The translations under genes and the position numbers were made by a program. The notes under the pieces were generated by a model. It did no database searches. It was given only the letters and a program-made list of their open reading frames with translations, and was not told where the DNA came from. Positions 33,860-45,458 of a DNA stretch of 64,000 nt are shown one piece after another (within the stretch, counting starts at the first letter, position 1; every line of letters begins with the position of its first letter). The DNA is from Selaginella moellendorffii (taxonomy: Eukaryota; Plantae; Lycopodiophyta), in assembly GCF_000143415.4 (NCBI RefSeq), contig NW_003314361.1, forward strand, positions 310,001-374,000, written 5' to 3'.

Positions 33860-36530
33860 TTGTGAAAAATTATAGATAGGGTTGTTATCATTATAGCGAG
33901 CTTAAACACTAGAAGGCTGATTATTCACAACTAAAGAACAAGCAATAGGGCAAAAATAATGGCCAATCTACTACTGACGGTAAGTCAGATACTAAAAAGT
34001 TGTAAACTTTGTAGGGTGAGAATGATGTGGATGACCATTCCTTTTGATTGTTGTTCGTCAACTCAATTGTGTGTGGAGCAAGATGGAGCTCGAAGATACT
34101 CGTGAATCAGCTTTAATGTTGAAGGGCGTGTTTTGTGGCGGTCCAATACAGATTTTATTGGATAGTGGAAGTGATGACAATTTTGTTTTAGCAAAGTTCA
34201 TTGTGAAGCATGGCCTAGTGACATGAAGAGTTCTTCCATACACGGTAGAAGGTTTAACTACCTTTACTTAGCATTTCGATGCTTGTTTAGAGGGGTTGGA
34301 AGTGTTGGTTAGCAAAACCACACTTGTGGAAATTTTTTATTTCATAAATATCCATCATGTGGATCTCATTTTTGGGATGCCATGGTTGGTGAAGGTGGAT
34401 CCAAAGATAAAGTGGAGTATTAAGTGTGTCCCATTGGAGTACGGTGGCATTAAAACTATGTGGTTTGGAGAGGGCATTCAATCTTTAGTTGTTATGCTCT
34501 CCACTACATCTTTGAAATGGGTTTATTGTAATGGAAAAACACTTTTGAGTTACTTGCTATTTACTATTATGTTGGAGCCGGGGATGCGACCAATTTACCA
34601 ACATCCATATTGATTAAGGTATGCAGAGGAGCAAGAAGTTCAGCAATAAGTTAAGGAGTTATTTGAGTTTGGATTTATTCAGTAAAATAAGTCTTTATTT
34701 AGTGCTCCAATCTTGCTTGTGAAGAAGAAGGATGGTTCAATACAAATATGTATTGACGACCGTGCTTTGAACAAAAAGACAGTGAAGGATAAAATGTCGA
34801 TGCCGCATGTGAATATATCTTAGACAAGTTTGGTGAAATATGAGTGTTTACCAAGATTGATATAAGGAGTGAATATCATCATATTACAATGGATGATGCA
34901 TTTATCTCCAAGACAACATTCAATACAAGCTTTAGGCATTTTGAGTTTATAGTTATGCTGTTTGGTTTGACAAATTGTTTATAGTTATGCTGTTTGGTTT
35001 GACAAATTGTTATTATGGAAAAACAGGTGATATGGAGAAAAGGGGTTGGAATGGTGAAATCGCAAAATGGTTGGCTCAATTGAGTATTTGGCTGCCAGTC
35101 GGATTACAAGTCTGATGAGAATAGAAAGAGAGGCTACACAATTGGCCGGTCATACAACTCCTCGATCCGCACTAAGAACTTGGCCGTCAACAGAACTGAA
35201 GGTGGGCAAGGATGATGCAGGCCACAGAATCAACAAAAACCTAGAACAAGTGAATGCACTGGTATAACAGAAAGTAAAACTGAGTGAAAATTAAATGCAT
35301 CTCGATGTCAATCCTGGAACACAGAGTAGGAAGTTAAATCTCACAAGCAGTTGATAAAGAAAAGTTTTATAGAGCTTTCCTTTGTGTAGAGTAGAGATGG
35401 GATAAAATTCTCACTCTCACAGCTAGCCTATTTATACTAAGTCCTTGGCAACCATATCCATGCTTGTTGCCATGGTCCTTTCGGGTTTGTGTCTACAGTA
35501 CGGATGTCGTCATCTGGCAATTGCTCCTGGTAACCGCTTCTAGGTCATTTATACCCGTCTAGTGTTCGAGTCTGTTGTAGAGTTGCTATTGTACAATGTC
35601 AAACCAAGATCGCTGAGAAACTGAAGTTGGAGTCGTTGGGTTGGAACTTGGGCAGTTGGACCTTGAGTCCAATTGTTTGGGACTTAGCGGCATTTTGATG
35701 TTTGAACTTGTGCTGCCGAATATTCCTTCTGTCCGACTTTTTCCTTTATCACAAATGCACCAGCCATATTTACTCGGTTGATGACGGAGGTATTTAGACA
35801 TTATCTTTATGATTTTGTGGAGATTTTCTTGGGCGATATTCTTGTTTTTAGCAAGAATATAGAGGAGCACCAAGTGTATTTGCGCAAGGTTCTTTTGTTA
35901 TTCTATGAGAGCAAATTTTATGTGAAGAAGAGTAAATGTGAATTTGCAAAACTAGAGGTGGAATATCTAAGTTATATTGTAACCTCTAAGGGTGTCAAGA
36001 CGAATCCAAAGAAGGTGGTTATGGTGGAGAATTGGCCTACACCAAGTATAGTGGTTGAGTTACATAATTTCTTTAGTATAGCTAGTTACTATTGACATTT
36101 TTAACATAAGTTTATGGAAGTGGCTATTCCTTTGACATGATTGTTATGCAAGAACATACCATTCAAGTGGAAGAAGCCACAAAATGAGAGTTTTATAGCA
36201 TTGAAATGGTTGTTGAGCGAGGTTTTAATGCTTTGTATTACTAATCTATCAAAACTTTATGAAGTGACATACGATGTGAGTAGTTATGCACTGGGAGGAG
36301 TTCTTATGCAAGAGGGACAGTCTATTGCATATAAAAGTCAAATTTTGAATCCCACAAAGCAACATTATTCCACATATAACTAAGAGTTATTTTCTATTGT
36401 TCATGCCTTGTGGATGTGGTGGCACTATCTTTATGATGTAGTGCTCATGGTGTTGACAGATCACAAACCACTTATACATCTTTTCACATAAAAGTAATTG
36501 AATACTAGGCAAATTCATTGGATGAAACAA
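33860..36530 (+). mobile_element. Degenerate Ty3/gypsy gag-pol (zinc knuckle, protease, RT, RNase H)
   Basis: CYHYSELKH*KADY (eroded CCHC), ILLDSGSDDNFV, DLIFGMPWL, APILLVKKKDGS, FGLTN|AP, FLGDILVFS, YDVSSYALGGVLMQEG, LTDHKPL. Many stops. Confidence 0.9.
35008..35751 (-). mobile_element. Solo LTR (744 bp) nested in the RT gene
   Basis: TGTTATT...TTTATCA termini and a 5-bp TSD CAAAT at 35003-35007 and 35752-35756. Removing it restores FGLTNAPAIF. TATAAATAG lies on the minus strand at about 35430. Confidence 0.9.
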
Positions 36531-36574
36531 GTATTACTCTAAACTCTAAACCAAGTATTAGGTTTAGAGAGACT

Positions 36575-36932
36575 AAATTATGGATGAATAACTTTTTCCT
36601 ATCAACTTTCATTTTGGACTTGACAACACTATATTTGGTTTGTTTGCTTTTAAAAAGCTTTCACTTGAAATCTATTTCAATTCTTTATGTCCTTTTTTTG
36701 TCAAGAATCAATTCACCATGCATTGTAGTGCATGGACAGAATGACTGAGTATGCAAAGCAGTTGTTTTCTTCACTCTACCCCTTTATAGTAAGTGTGCCT
36801 TCTCCAAATTCACTAAAAGTATCAATGCCACTTCCAAGACAAGTCTATAAGAATGGATTCCACTGATTACAAGTTTGGTTTTGCTTCTTTACTATAATCT
36901 AGTATCAACTTAACACCCAGAAACTCGACACA
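36575..36932 (+). pseudogene. Eroded fragment (from intron 8 to exon 13) of the Yrb30-like gene, inverted relative to the intact gene
   Basis: Co-linear matches to revcomp 40640-41315: tatgg.tgaataa, tttgctttt, caagaat..ttcac.atgcattg.a.tgcatgga, tgtgc.ttctccaaat, ataagaatg, caacttaac.cccagaaactc.acac. Confidence 0.75.
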
Positions 36933-37081
36933 GTTAATCTTTGGTGAGATTTCGAGGAGAGCCACTCTCACTAGTAAATTGTACAGTGTTAAAAAAAGGA
37001 AAATAATAAAATGGTATATCCATCCAGCTTAACACCTAGAAACTCAACACAGTTAATCTTACACAGTAGAATAATATAATG

Positions 37082-38511
37082 TGCATACTATAACCACAAA
37101 GCTATGAACATTGGGAGATAATAAAATATAGTGTCAACACCCAAAAGAAGATTTAGAGTCCATTTGACTGTCCACGTGAACAACATCCAAGGTCCGCGAG
37201 GCCAGAGATTTGGAGGATCCACACATGGATCCTATACCTCTCCAACATGATCGCTTACATATATGGCAAATGTGGGAGCTTGGGCGATGCCGAGGCCACC
37301 TACACTGCAAATCCAGACCCCAATGTCTTCTCCTCCAACATCCTCCCGAGGCAGCACAATTCAAAGCTTGCACGGCCTTCTTCTTCCGGGGGATGCCACA
37401 CAAGGACTTCACACATTGTCTTTTTGGAATTCGATGGGATTCCTCCCAGGGTGATTTGCAGGAGAGTTTCGAGAGAATGCCATGCTGGAGCATCTTCTCC
37501 TTCACTACTATTGTCTCCGGATTTGCCCCAACCACACGATGCGAGCACTCCATTTCATCCCCGAGAAGAGCACTGTGTCGTGGAACGCTGTGATAAATGG
37601 CCACTCACAAGTCGGCCAGCAACACACTGCCCAAGCCTTGTTCGATCACTCCCCCGATAGAAACGATCTGACGTGGGCTTTTTTGATAGCCGGACATGCC
37701 CAGAATGGGCATATGGAGCAGGCAGTAGTGATGTTTGCTTTGATGCCTTCGATAAATCTGATCTCTTGCAATATAATGCTTGTTAGTTTTGGTAGCAACG
37801 GTTTGTTATCACAAGCTCTAGATGTCTTTTCTAGAATGCCTTGTATAGATTCTTAATCTTGGGGTTCTTTGGTCTCTGCATATGCCCTTTAAAATGGGTA
37901 TCTAGAATATGAGAAACACATGTTACAGAGCTTTTACACCGAAGATTCCAGTGCTTGGAACACACTTATAGGCGCGTAATCACAAAAGGAAGACTTAGTC
38001 TTGGCATCATTTGTCTTTAGGAATACTCCCCACAGAAATCTCTGCTCGTGGAATGCTATTGTACAAGCTTATGCCTTAAGTGGGCATTTTGAGACCGCGA
38101 ACCTTCTCTTTGAAAGAATGCCGGGAAGAAGTGCCGTGGCTTACACCGACCTGTTACTAAGTTGTTGCACGAATGGAAAGCTCGTCGAATTGAAGCAGTT
38201 GTTTGATGAGATGCCTCATTCGAAGTGCATGCTCATGGCCTATGTTCAGGACAAGGCCAAACAAACCTTCAACAAGGCAGCCCAGCATGACGTGGTTACC
38301 ATGGTCCTAACTTACTCTTACCACGGTAGGCTAGACGAGGCAGCCAATCTCTTCGAGAACTTGGTCGACCATGGTAGCATCTTCATCTAAAGCGTTTGCC
38401 ACAGAATGGAGCTCCAGGGGCTGGTTCCCGACAAGGTAACTCTGATGGGCGTGTTCGTCGCTTGCAGCAACTTGGGCACGATGAAGCGAGTCGGGGATTA
38501 CGTGATAAGCT
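37082..38511 (+). pseudogene. Inverted duplicate pseudogene of the PPR gene 27294-29075, including its upstream region
   Basis: Reverse-complement match to about 27569-29203 with many small deletions, stops and loss of the ATG. Confidence 0.92.
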
Positions 38512-39415
38512 CTGGGATTTAACGAGAGGAAGCAGGGGCCCGTAGACTCTTTGGATCGTTTCAGTGACGGCTCGACGATGAAGAACGCGCCCGGGATCGA
38601 TCACAACAGGAAGACGGATATGACGATGAGCTCCTCGAGCTCAACAGTTCCAGGCTCGGCTCCAGCTTCGCATCACGCAGCTCATTTCCATCTCCAAAAG
38701 CGCAGCACGGGCAACATCACCACGGTGCCTCCGCTTCCGCTCCCTCAAGCCACACCAGGACGGGATCCAGCTCCACCTCGCCGCTGGCGCCGTGTCTCCA
38801 CGAGCTCAAGTCACCATCGCAGTTCCTCAAGGTGGCGGAGCACGAGCTCCTCAAAAGTCACCGTCGGAGACGAGCACAAAGCCCAAAGCCCAAAGCCGGG
38901 GGTGGCGGAATAAGGTGCTGCTTCTCAAGAGCATCCAGGATATCAGGGCGCAACCATACTGGATGAGCTCGTGAGAAAGGCCCATGATGATCAACAGGTA
39001 TGACTACCGTGCTGGGTTCTCGGGAGCGGCTACACAATCGACATCGATGGTGCGGTGGTGGACTTGGCCACTGGGAATGAGATCAAGTCGCTCCCTCGTA
39101 TGTTCTCTAGCTCTCTTCGATTTGCTTTCTCTCTTGTCCCATCACTTTTCTTCTGGACTGCTTCTAGAAGCAAGGCGTTGGCTTTGGAATGTTTCCTCTG
39201 TCTTGAGGATTGACATAAAAAGAGTGTTTCTTTCATACTTCCAGTGAGTGAAAGGTGAGAGCTTGTTGGTTTTTTTTATGACTGACTCCATGCGATCAAA
39301 ACAGAGTTTCATGATTTGTTCAGAACTTACAGCAGAACGGGTGAATATTCGTTTGTACTGTGACAAAGTAAAGTTTGAGTATCCACCATTCTAGCTGGCA
39401 GTCTATATCTACAAT

Positions 39416-39732
39416 TCGTCCATGTTTTGTCCTTTCCTGGCTCTTTTGCCAACTCAGTTCTTTCCTTCTTCATGCTCATAAATGTCTGTAGCTTGTCCAG
39501 TAATTGTCCCTCCATAGCTTTTGTTTTTTTGCCATTCAGTTTTTCTTTTTTTTTTGCTTGACTGTGCTCATACATGTCCGCAGCTTCTCCCCCAATTTAC
39601 AACTCTACTTTCGACAGTGTCTTTTCTCCCCATTTACATAGATGTCTAGCCTTCGTCCATGTTTCTTCTTGGCTCTTTTGCCACTTAGTTCTTTTCTTCT
39701 TTGTGCTCATAAATGTCCGCAGCTTATCTAGT
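39416..39732. repeat. Diverged ~85-bp direct repeat in an unidentified degenerate coding-like region
   Basis: tcgtccatgttt..ggctcttttgcca..agttcttt..tgctcataaatgtc.g.agctt at 39416 and 39653, with a partial third unit at about 39565. Confidence 0.65.
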
Positions 39733-40513
39733 GTTGGTGTTCTTCCCTCGTTGTCATGCCTGACATTCCCTGTCCATTTCTAGGCTTGATCTAAGTTTGA
39801 CCACATTTGTCATGTGTTTCTCCAGCATTGTTTTTGTTCATGCTCACCCGGCATTCTTGTAAATTTGCCTTCAACCTCTCTTTCTTGTCTTGTGAAGCTG
39901 CTCCTCTTCAAAAGAAATCCTGTCTGTATTTTGGATTTCTTCTCTACATCTTTTACCTGTTATTGCTTCTTAGCCAACTGTAAAGGAAAGTGTAAGTATG
40001 AAAGAGAGCTTTCACAAACCTTGGTCAGGTGGGAAGCACACTTTTCCTCATGGCTTGTGCTCCAGATCTGCGATTAGCTTAGCAGCAGTGGAGGCAGAAG
40101 CAGCGAGGACTCACTGTTGTTGTCTGGGAAACTCTCGGTTCCGGTTCTTCTTGAACACTGCTTCGTGAAGCATGTAGAGGTCACACATAAGATTTATCTC
40201 AAAGTCGACTTCTAGCTGTGCTAGTTGGATTTGCAATTTGAACAGCAGTGAATTTAAAAATACTTTATATCCCTTCTTGATACCTTTTACAAACTTCAGG
40301 ACTTTGTTCATTTTGCATCAATTGAGTCTCTAAACATAAGTGCCACAAGTAGGATCTCTTGGCATATTCTTCACCACTTCTCCTGCCACAACCACCATGA
40401 TCTTGGATCGCACTCCAAGATCATCAATCTCCCTAAACCTCCTGCTGTAGACAAACTAGTTTTGTCATTCTAAAACATAGTGTTGGTTCCTTGTGAAATT
40501 TAAGAACGTCGAT

Positions 40514-42458
40514 TTACTGAGGAGCGGGGTGGTCGAGGTTGAGCTCGTAAAACATGTCCGTGACTGTTCTCCGGCTTCCTCGAGTCGTGGGAGTTCTTAT
40601 CAACGATTTTGTCCCGCTCAGAGGTGTTGAGTTTCTGGGCGTTAAGTTGCCACTTCCCGGTGGTTTGTGAGGCTTGGATGCGTTTCTCACAGGCTCGCTG
40701 TTGAATCTGTGTAGACGACGCGATTATGAGAAGGAAGCATCAGACAAACTAAACCTGGGATCAGCGAAAAACATTCTTATCCGCTCGTCTGGGACGAGCC
40801 AATGATCCTTCTCCTCGCGGATTTGGAGAATGCACAACCTTATGACGTACTGCAAGGAAAACGGGGTAAGAAGAAAGGAAAATGTAACATAATCCCACCT
40901 CTAGAACTCCAAGCTTTGCTGTTCTTACTCCAACATGATCTTCCAGGCCCAAGGGTTCACTGCTTTGGGTACTTGACGACGCACTGTCGTCGTCACCACC
41001 ATCATCCCCATCCATGCATTGCAATGCATAGTGAACAATTCTTGTGACTTGAGGTCGATCCTGACAGGAAAATTACTAGCTTCACATCAAGTTCTTTCAT
41101 TCTCACCCCTGCTGGAGATTCTAGAGGTTCGGGCGAATTATCTGGACACAAAGACCTGGGTCAGAGCTAAACCAAATCCAAGTTTTTGAAAAGCAAATAA
41201 GACCGGAAGTAGCATATACGTCAATGAGAAGGACGGCCTCTAACTCATGTTGTCCAAGCCCAAGAACATGCAAAGTGGAAGAACCTGTATCAACAGAAGA
41301 AAATTATTCAACCATAGCTGCTCAAGTTTATGATTACCAATAGCAGCCACATTTGAAAGAGGTATCGATATATGCTGGTGGTTATTCTCATTGTGATCTT
41401 CGTCCTGGATATGAAAATGCAGACAAAGCTCAGAACCACGAAAAAAAAAAACCAAGAAATTGACAAACCGAATTATCAATCTCAACGAGAAACTCGGCTG
41501 CTGCGTCCGGTAAAGGCACCAATTTTCTGAGTGTCAAAGTGCAGTGCGGTATTTTTTCTTGCCAGCGAGGGAGCATTAATCGAGTTTCATATTCATAAAG
41601 CTTCACTTGGAAACTCAGAACAGCATTCCCAATTTCAGCACCCCGAATCTGCGAGAAAAAACGTTGCTAGTGAGAAAATAGTGAGCATAAAAATAAAAAA
41701 CAACCAAATAGCTGGCGTCCATCAAACGTGCTGGAGAAATTCCATCCTCTTCTGACTTTAGCAACGAGACAGCGTTCATAGCCATCGCCATGTACGGCAA
41801 GATGGCATCCAGTCTGCAGCTCCACAATTTTAAGCAAAAGAACAGTCTCAAAAGGCAATACCTTGTGAGAAAACCTTGTAGCCTGTTCTCTGCCTCGGAT
41901 GGAGAGGTTTTGACGACGTCCTGGAAGATTGGGTCACAGCAATTTTCTTGTAGAGAAAAAACACACCTCATTATAAACTTGACATTCAAGTTCTTTTTGG
42001 AATCTCACAATGTCATTGATCACACGCAATATCATGTCCAAAGCGCCCTGCATGAATCAGAAAAACATCTGGAAACAGTGAAAGAGTATTAAACACTGAC
42101 CTGTAGAACCGTGTTTCCATGGAGCACGTATTGCACACACATATCCACGGGAAGGCCGAGAACCTGCGTCACAAAAACCAACTTAAATCAGATGGGTTTC
42201 TCCAAAAAACTGCTAGCTTGCTAGTGTAGCTTGCTAAACGTACCTGAAGTCTGGATTCCAGCTCCTTTTGCAAGAGCTCAATCTGTAGGGAATAAACTTG
42301 TCATTGATTGATGAAAATGAAAAGGAAACACGAACCCGATGCTGCCCACTGAATCTGGAATGCAGCCGCGTGAAGAGTGACGTGACGGAGCGCTGCGCGA
42401 GCGCCTCGAATGTCTTACGAAGGAGAACCGTCCCGGCATAGAGGGCTGCGGCATCCAT
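40514..42458 (-). CDS. RanGTP-binding protein Yrb30-like (Pfam Ran-binding), about 428 aa, 13 exons: 42458-42336, 42282-42244, 42163-42101, 42047-41967, 41920-41862, 41813-41705, 41648-41469, 41404-41338, 41284-41204, 41141-41107, 41060-40899, 40849-40755, 40706-40514
   Basis: All introns are GT-AG, 46-80 nt and phase-consistent, giving 1287 nt with no internal stop. Motifs LQKELESRLQVLGLPVDM..GNTVLQ, RLDAILPYMAMAM..ISPARLMDAS and LGVLEYVIRLCILQ..HWLVPDERIRMFF match my recollection of conserved Yrb30 blocks. Confidence 0.78.
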
Positions 42459-42517
42459 CCCTGCCAAAGAACAAAAAGAATTAAGCAAAAACCCTTCTAC
42501 CTATAGCGTACCTTTTA

Positions 42518-44041
42518 TTATTTCTTCAAAACGTTCGCCAGCATCACGTAAGGCAAGTGCTTCCCCAGACTTTCGGAGTGATTCGTCTCCAAAACATTCT
42601 CCACTCCCTCGACTCCGGAGATAATGCCATCCGAGTGTGTGATGCAAGCTCCAACGAAGGATGTCCAGCCGATAGCTCCAGGCCTGAGAGGCATCGAATT
42701 CAGCAACTCGTGAGCCTCCGTTAGCTTCCCAACTCTTCCCAGGATGTCAGCCACACAGCAGTAGTGCTCCCTTACGTGCTCGACACCGTGCTGGTCCGGC
42801 ATAGCTCTAAAGTGGTGGAGACTGTCCTCCAAAAGACCACCATGGCTACAAGCTCCGAGAACGCTCGTGAACGTTGCCTCGTCGGGCACGGCACCCTCCA
42901 CGATCATGAGTCGAAAAATTTCGCTGGCTTCCTCGACGTGACCATTCTGTCCGTAGCATCCGATCATGGCGTTGTAGCAAGCCACTGTGCAGTGAGGCAT
43001 TGTGTCGAGCATTTTCCGCGCTTGCTCAACCTTTCCATCTCGGCCGAGAGCTGTTATCATCAGGATCCACGACACGGCATTTCTCTCCGGCATCCTGTCG
43101 AAGACGAACTTCGCAGCCTTGGTGTGCCTGTTTTGTGCGTAGAGGCAAACCATCGCAGTCCATGCGACTAAGTCCTGCCTTGGCATGTCTCGGAACGTCT
43201 CTTGAGCTCTCTCGATGTTGCCATTGGAAGCGTAGGCCTGGAGCATTGTGGTCCAGGAAACGTCGTCTCTCTCTACCATCCGGTTGAAAATCCTCTCGGC
43301 TTCTTCGATATACCCCTTCTGGGCATACGCTTGCACCATGGTGGTCGACGAGACGAGGTTGCGGCAAGGCATGGAGTCGAAAACCAGCCGAGATTCTTCC
43401 ATCAGTCCTTGTTGAGAGTACGCCAGAATCATGACGTTGTAGGACGAGATATCTCTCTCGGGCATCTCCTCAAACAGCTTCTTCGCTTGAGAGACCTGTC
43501 CTCTCTGGGAATAAGCCGTGATCATAGCGTTCGTAGCGACGATATTTCGGTCTGAAAGCTGGGAGAACATATTTTCCGCTTGCAAAAGCTCTCCATTCTC
43601 GGCGTAAGCTTGAACCATTGCCGTCCACGAGACCACGTCCCACTCGGGCATTTGATCGAACATAAGTTTGGCTTGGTCCAGATGCCCACTCTGGGCATAA
43701 GCTCGGAAGATCGTCGTCCAGGAGACTACGTTCCTGTGTGGCATTCTGTCAAAGAGCTTCCGGGCCTCTCCCAGCTCGTCGCTCCACACGAAAGCCGCCA
43801 GCATGATGTTCCAAGAGAAGATGTTGGGCTCCGGGATCCGAGAGAAGACGGCCATTGCTTCGTGGAGCTTGCCGCAGCTCGAGTACATGTGGACGAGCAG
43901 GTTGGAGACGAAAGTGTTGTGTCTGTGCTGGCTGCTGAGGATTGCAAGGTGGATTTTCCGGCCTTGTTTCAAGTCCTTCGTACTGGCGCACTGTTTAAGA
44001 TCTCGGCTGAATTGCTCTACGGACGCCAAGTTGACCACCAT
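42518..44041 (-). CDS. PLS/SS-type PPR protein with E-like tail
   Basis: 507-aa ORF, tandem 31-aa repeats (MPE.DVVSWTAMV.AYA..G), HYCCVADILGRVG, YVMLANV. Confidence 0.92.
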   Translation of the reverse strand: MVVNLASVEQFSRDLKQCASTKDLKQGRKIHLAILSSQHRHNTFVSNLLVHMYSSCGKLHEAMAVFSRIPEPNIFSWNIMLAAFVWSDELGEARKLFDRMPHRNVVSWTTIFRAYAQSGHLDQAKLMFDQMPEWDVVSWTAMVQAYAENGELLQAENMFSQLSDRNIVATNAMITAYSQRGQVSQAKKLFEEMPERDISSYNVMILAYSQQGLMEESRLVFDSMPCRNLVSSTTMVQAYAQKGYIEEAERIFNRMVERDDVSWTTMLQAYASNGNIERAQETFRDMPRQDLVAWTAMVCLYAQNRHTKAAKFVFDRMPERNAVSWILMITALGRDGKVEQARKMLDTMPHCTVACYNAMIGCYGQNGHVEEASEIFRLMIVEGAVPDEATFTSVLGACSHGGLLEDSLHHFRAMPDQHGVEHVREHYCCVADILGRVGKLTEAHELLNSMPLRPGAIGWTSFVGACITHSDGIISGVEGVENVLETNHSESLGKHLPYVMLANVLKK

Positions 44042-44339
44042 GCCGCTCGCGAGTGTGTGTGTGAACGAAAAGGCCGGATGCTTTTCTAGAACGCCTGTGA
44101 AAAAATTTACTTTAAAGTATCAGGAGTGGAGAGAAAGAGGGGAGAAAATCTTTCTACTCAGCTGCTTCATGCCCGTGCGACGCTTTCTCGTTAGCTGTCA
44201 TTGACCTGTGACTAGGACCATGGATGTATTTCCCTGGAAGTAAGAAACAATGGAAAAGTAATCCCACATGAGAGAGTCACGAGTATTTAAACTCAAAGTA
44301 GCTTACCAATGCCTTGAGTCGAGCAGAGCTAGAGTGAAA

Positions 44340-45115
44340 ATGAGCGAGCATCGAATTCCAGTCGCTGCTGACAAGAAAATCTCTCCTCCAATTTCTGCCG
44401 GGGAGCAAAAAGGCTGCAAAGGATTGAAGAGAACGGATCTGATGCTTCGCTTCGCTGCGTTTGTGTGTTGCACTGTCACCATGGTCGTTCTCATCACGGA
44501 TAAGCAGACTAGTGCCATTCAGGTCCCGGGCTTCAATAACTTGACGATCACCAAGACGGTCAGCTTCGACTTGGCCAAGGCGTTTGTGTAAGTTTTTCAC
44601 GGTTTTCTCCTCTCTTTCTTTCTCAAGTCTTCACGTTCGTCTCATGTTTCGTTCGCTTATCGACTGTGCTTACTCGCTGGTTTCTTTTCAGATATCTCGT
44701 CTCTGCGGCAGGAATCGGCGCTGGTTACACGCTCCTTGTGTTGGTCTTGTCGATCATATCTGCAGAGCGCTCCAAGGCTATAGCATGGTTCATCTTCGTG
44801 TTCGATCAGGTCACACCTGTTGAAAGAATTTCAATCAGTTTGGGTGTTGAAGCGTTTTCTTGTCTGCAGCTCATAACTTACGTTCTCCTAGCAGCCGCTG
44901 CGGCATCAACGGAAGTTGCGTATATGGGGGCTCACGCACCACCAGAGGCATCCTGGCTCAAAGTCTGTTCCCTCTTCGGACGGTTTTGTCACCAGCTCGG
45001 AGCTTCGCTGGTTACTTCGCTCATTTCGACGGTGTTGTTCGCATTCTCAGCGGCGATTTCTGCGTATTACCTCTTCAGCAACACAAACGTACGACCTGCT
45101 TACAGCAAAGGGTAG
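44340..45115 (+). CDS. CASP-like protein (CASPL group 2); exons 44340-44587, 44692-44809, 44870-45115
   Basis: Four TM segments, LRFAAF, AFV|YLVSA, FDQ|LITYVLLAAAAAS, WLKVCSLFGRFCHQ. Confidence 0.9.
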
Positions 45116-45458
45116 AATGTAAGCCTCGATTGAAAGAGCTATCAAACTAAAGGAAAAACTTAAAGAGTTGTTCACCTCTGTTCTTTGTGCGTGGTGGAGC
45201 CCGAAGAGTGCTTGTGAGTTGTGACAGCGTTTATACGCGCTGGGCCGAGAGAGCTCCATTTTCCACTGAGTGAACCACGGCCATCATAGCGGCCGAAATG
45301 GCGGGGTGACAGAAGCTTGCGTCACTGCAAAGTAGATGAGCGTGGAAAACTTGGAACTGTTCACGTGTTTCACCACCAGAAAATCTCTAGCACGAAAAGC
45401 AACTTGGCGAGAAAGAAAAACAGGCCCAAAGTAAGAAATATTCAATTTAGTAAGCTCA

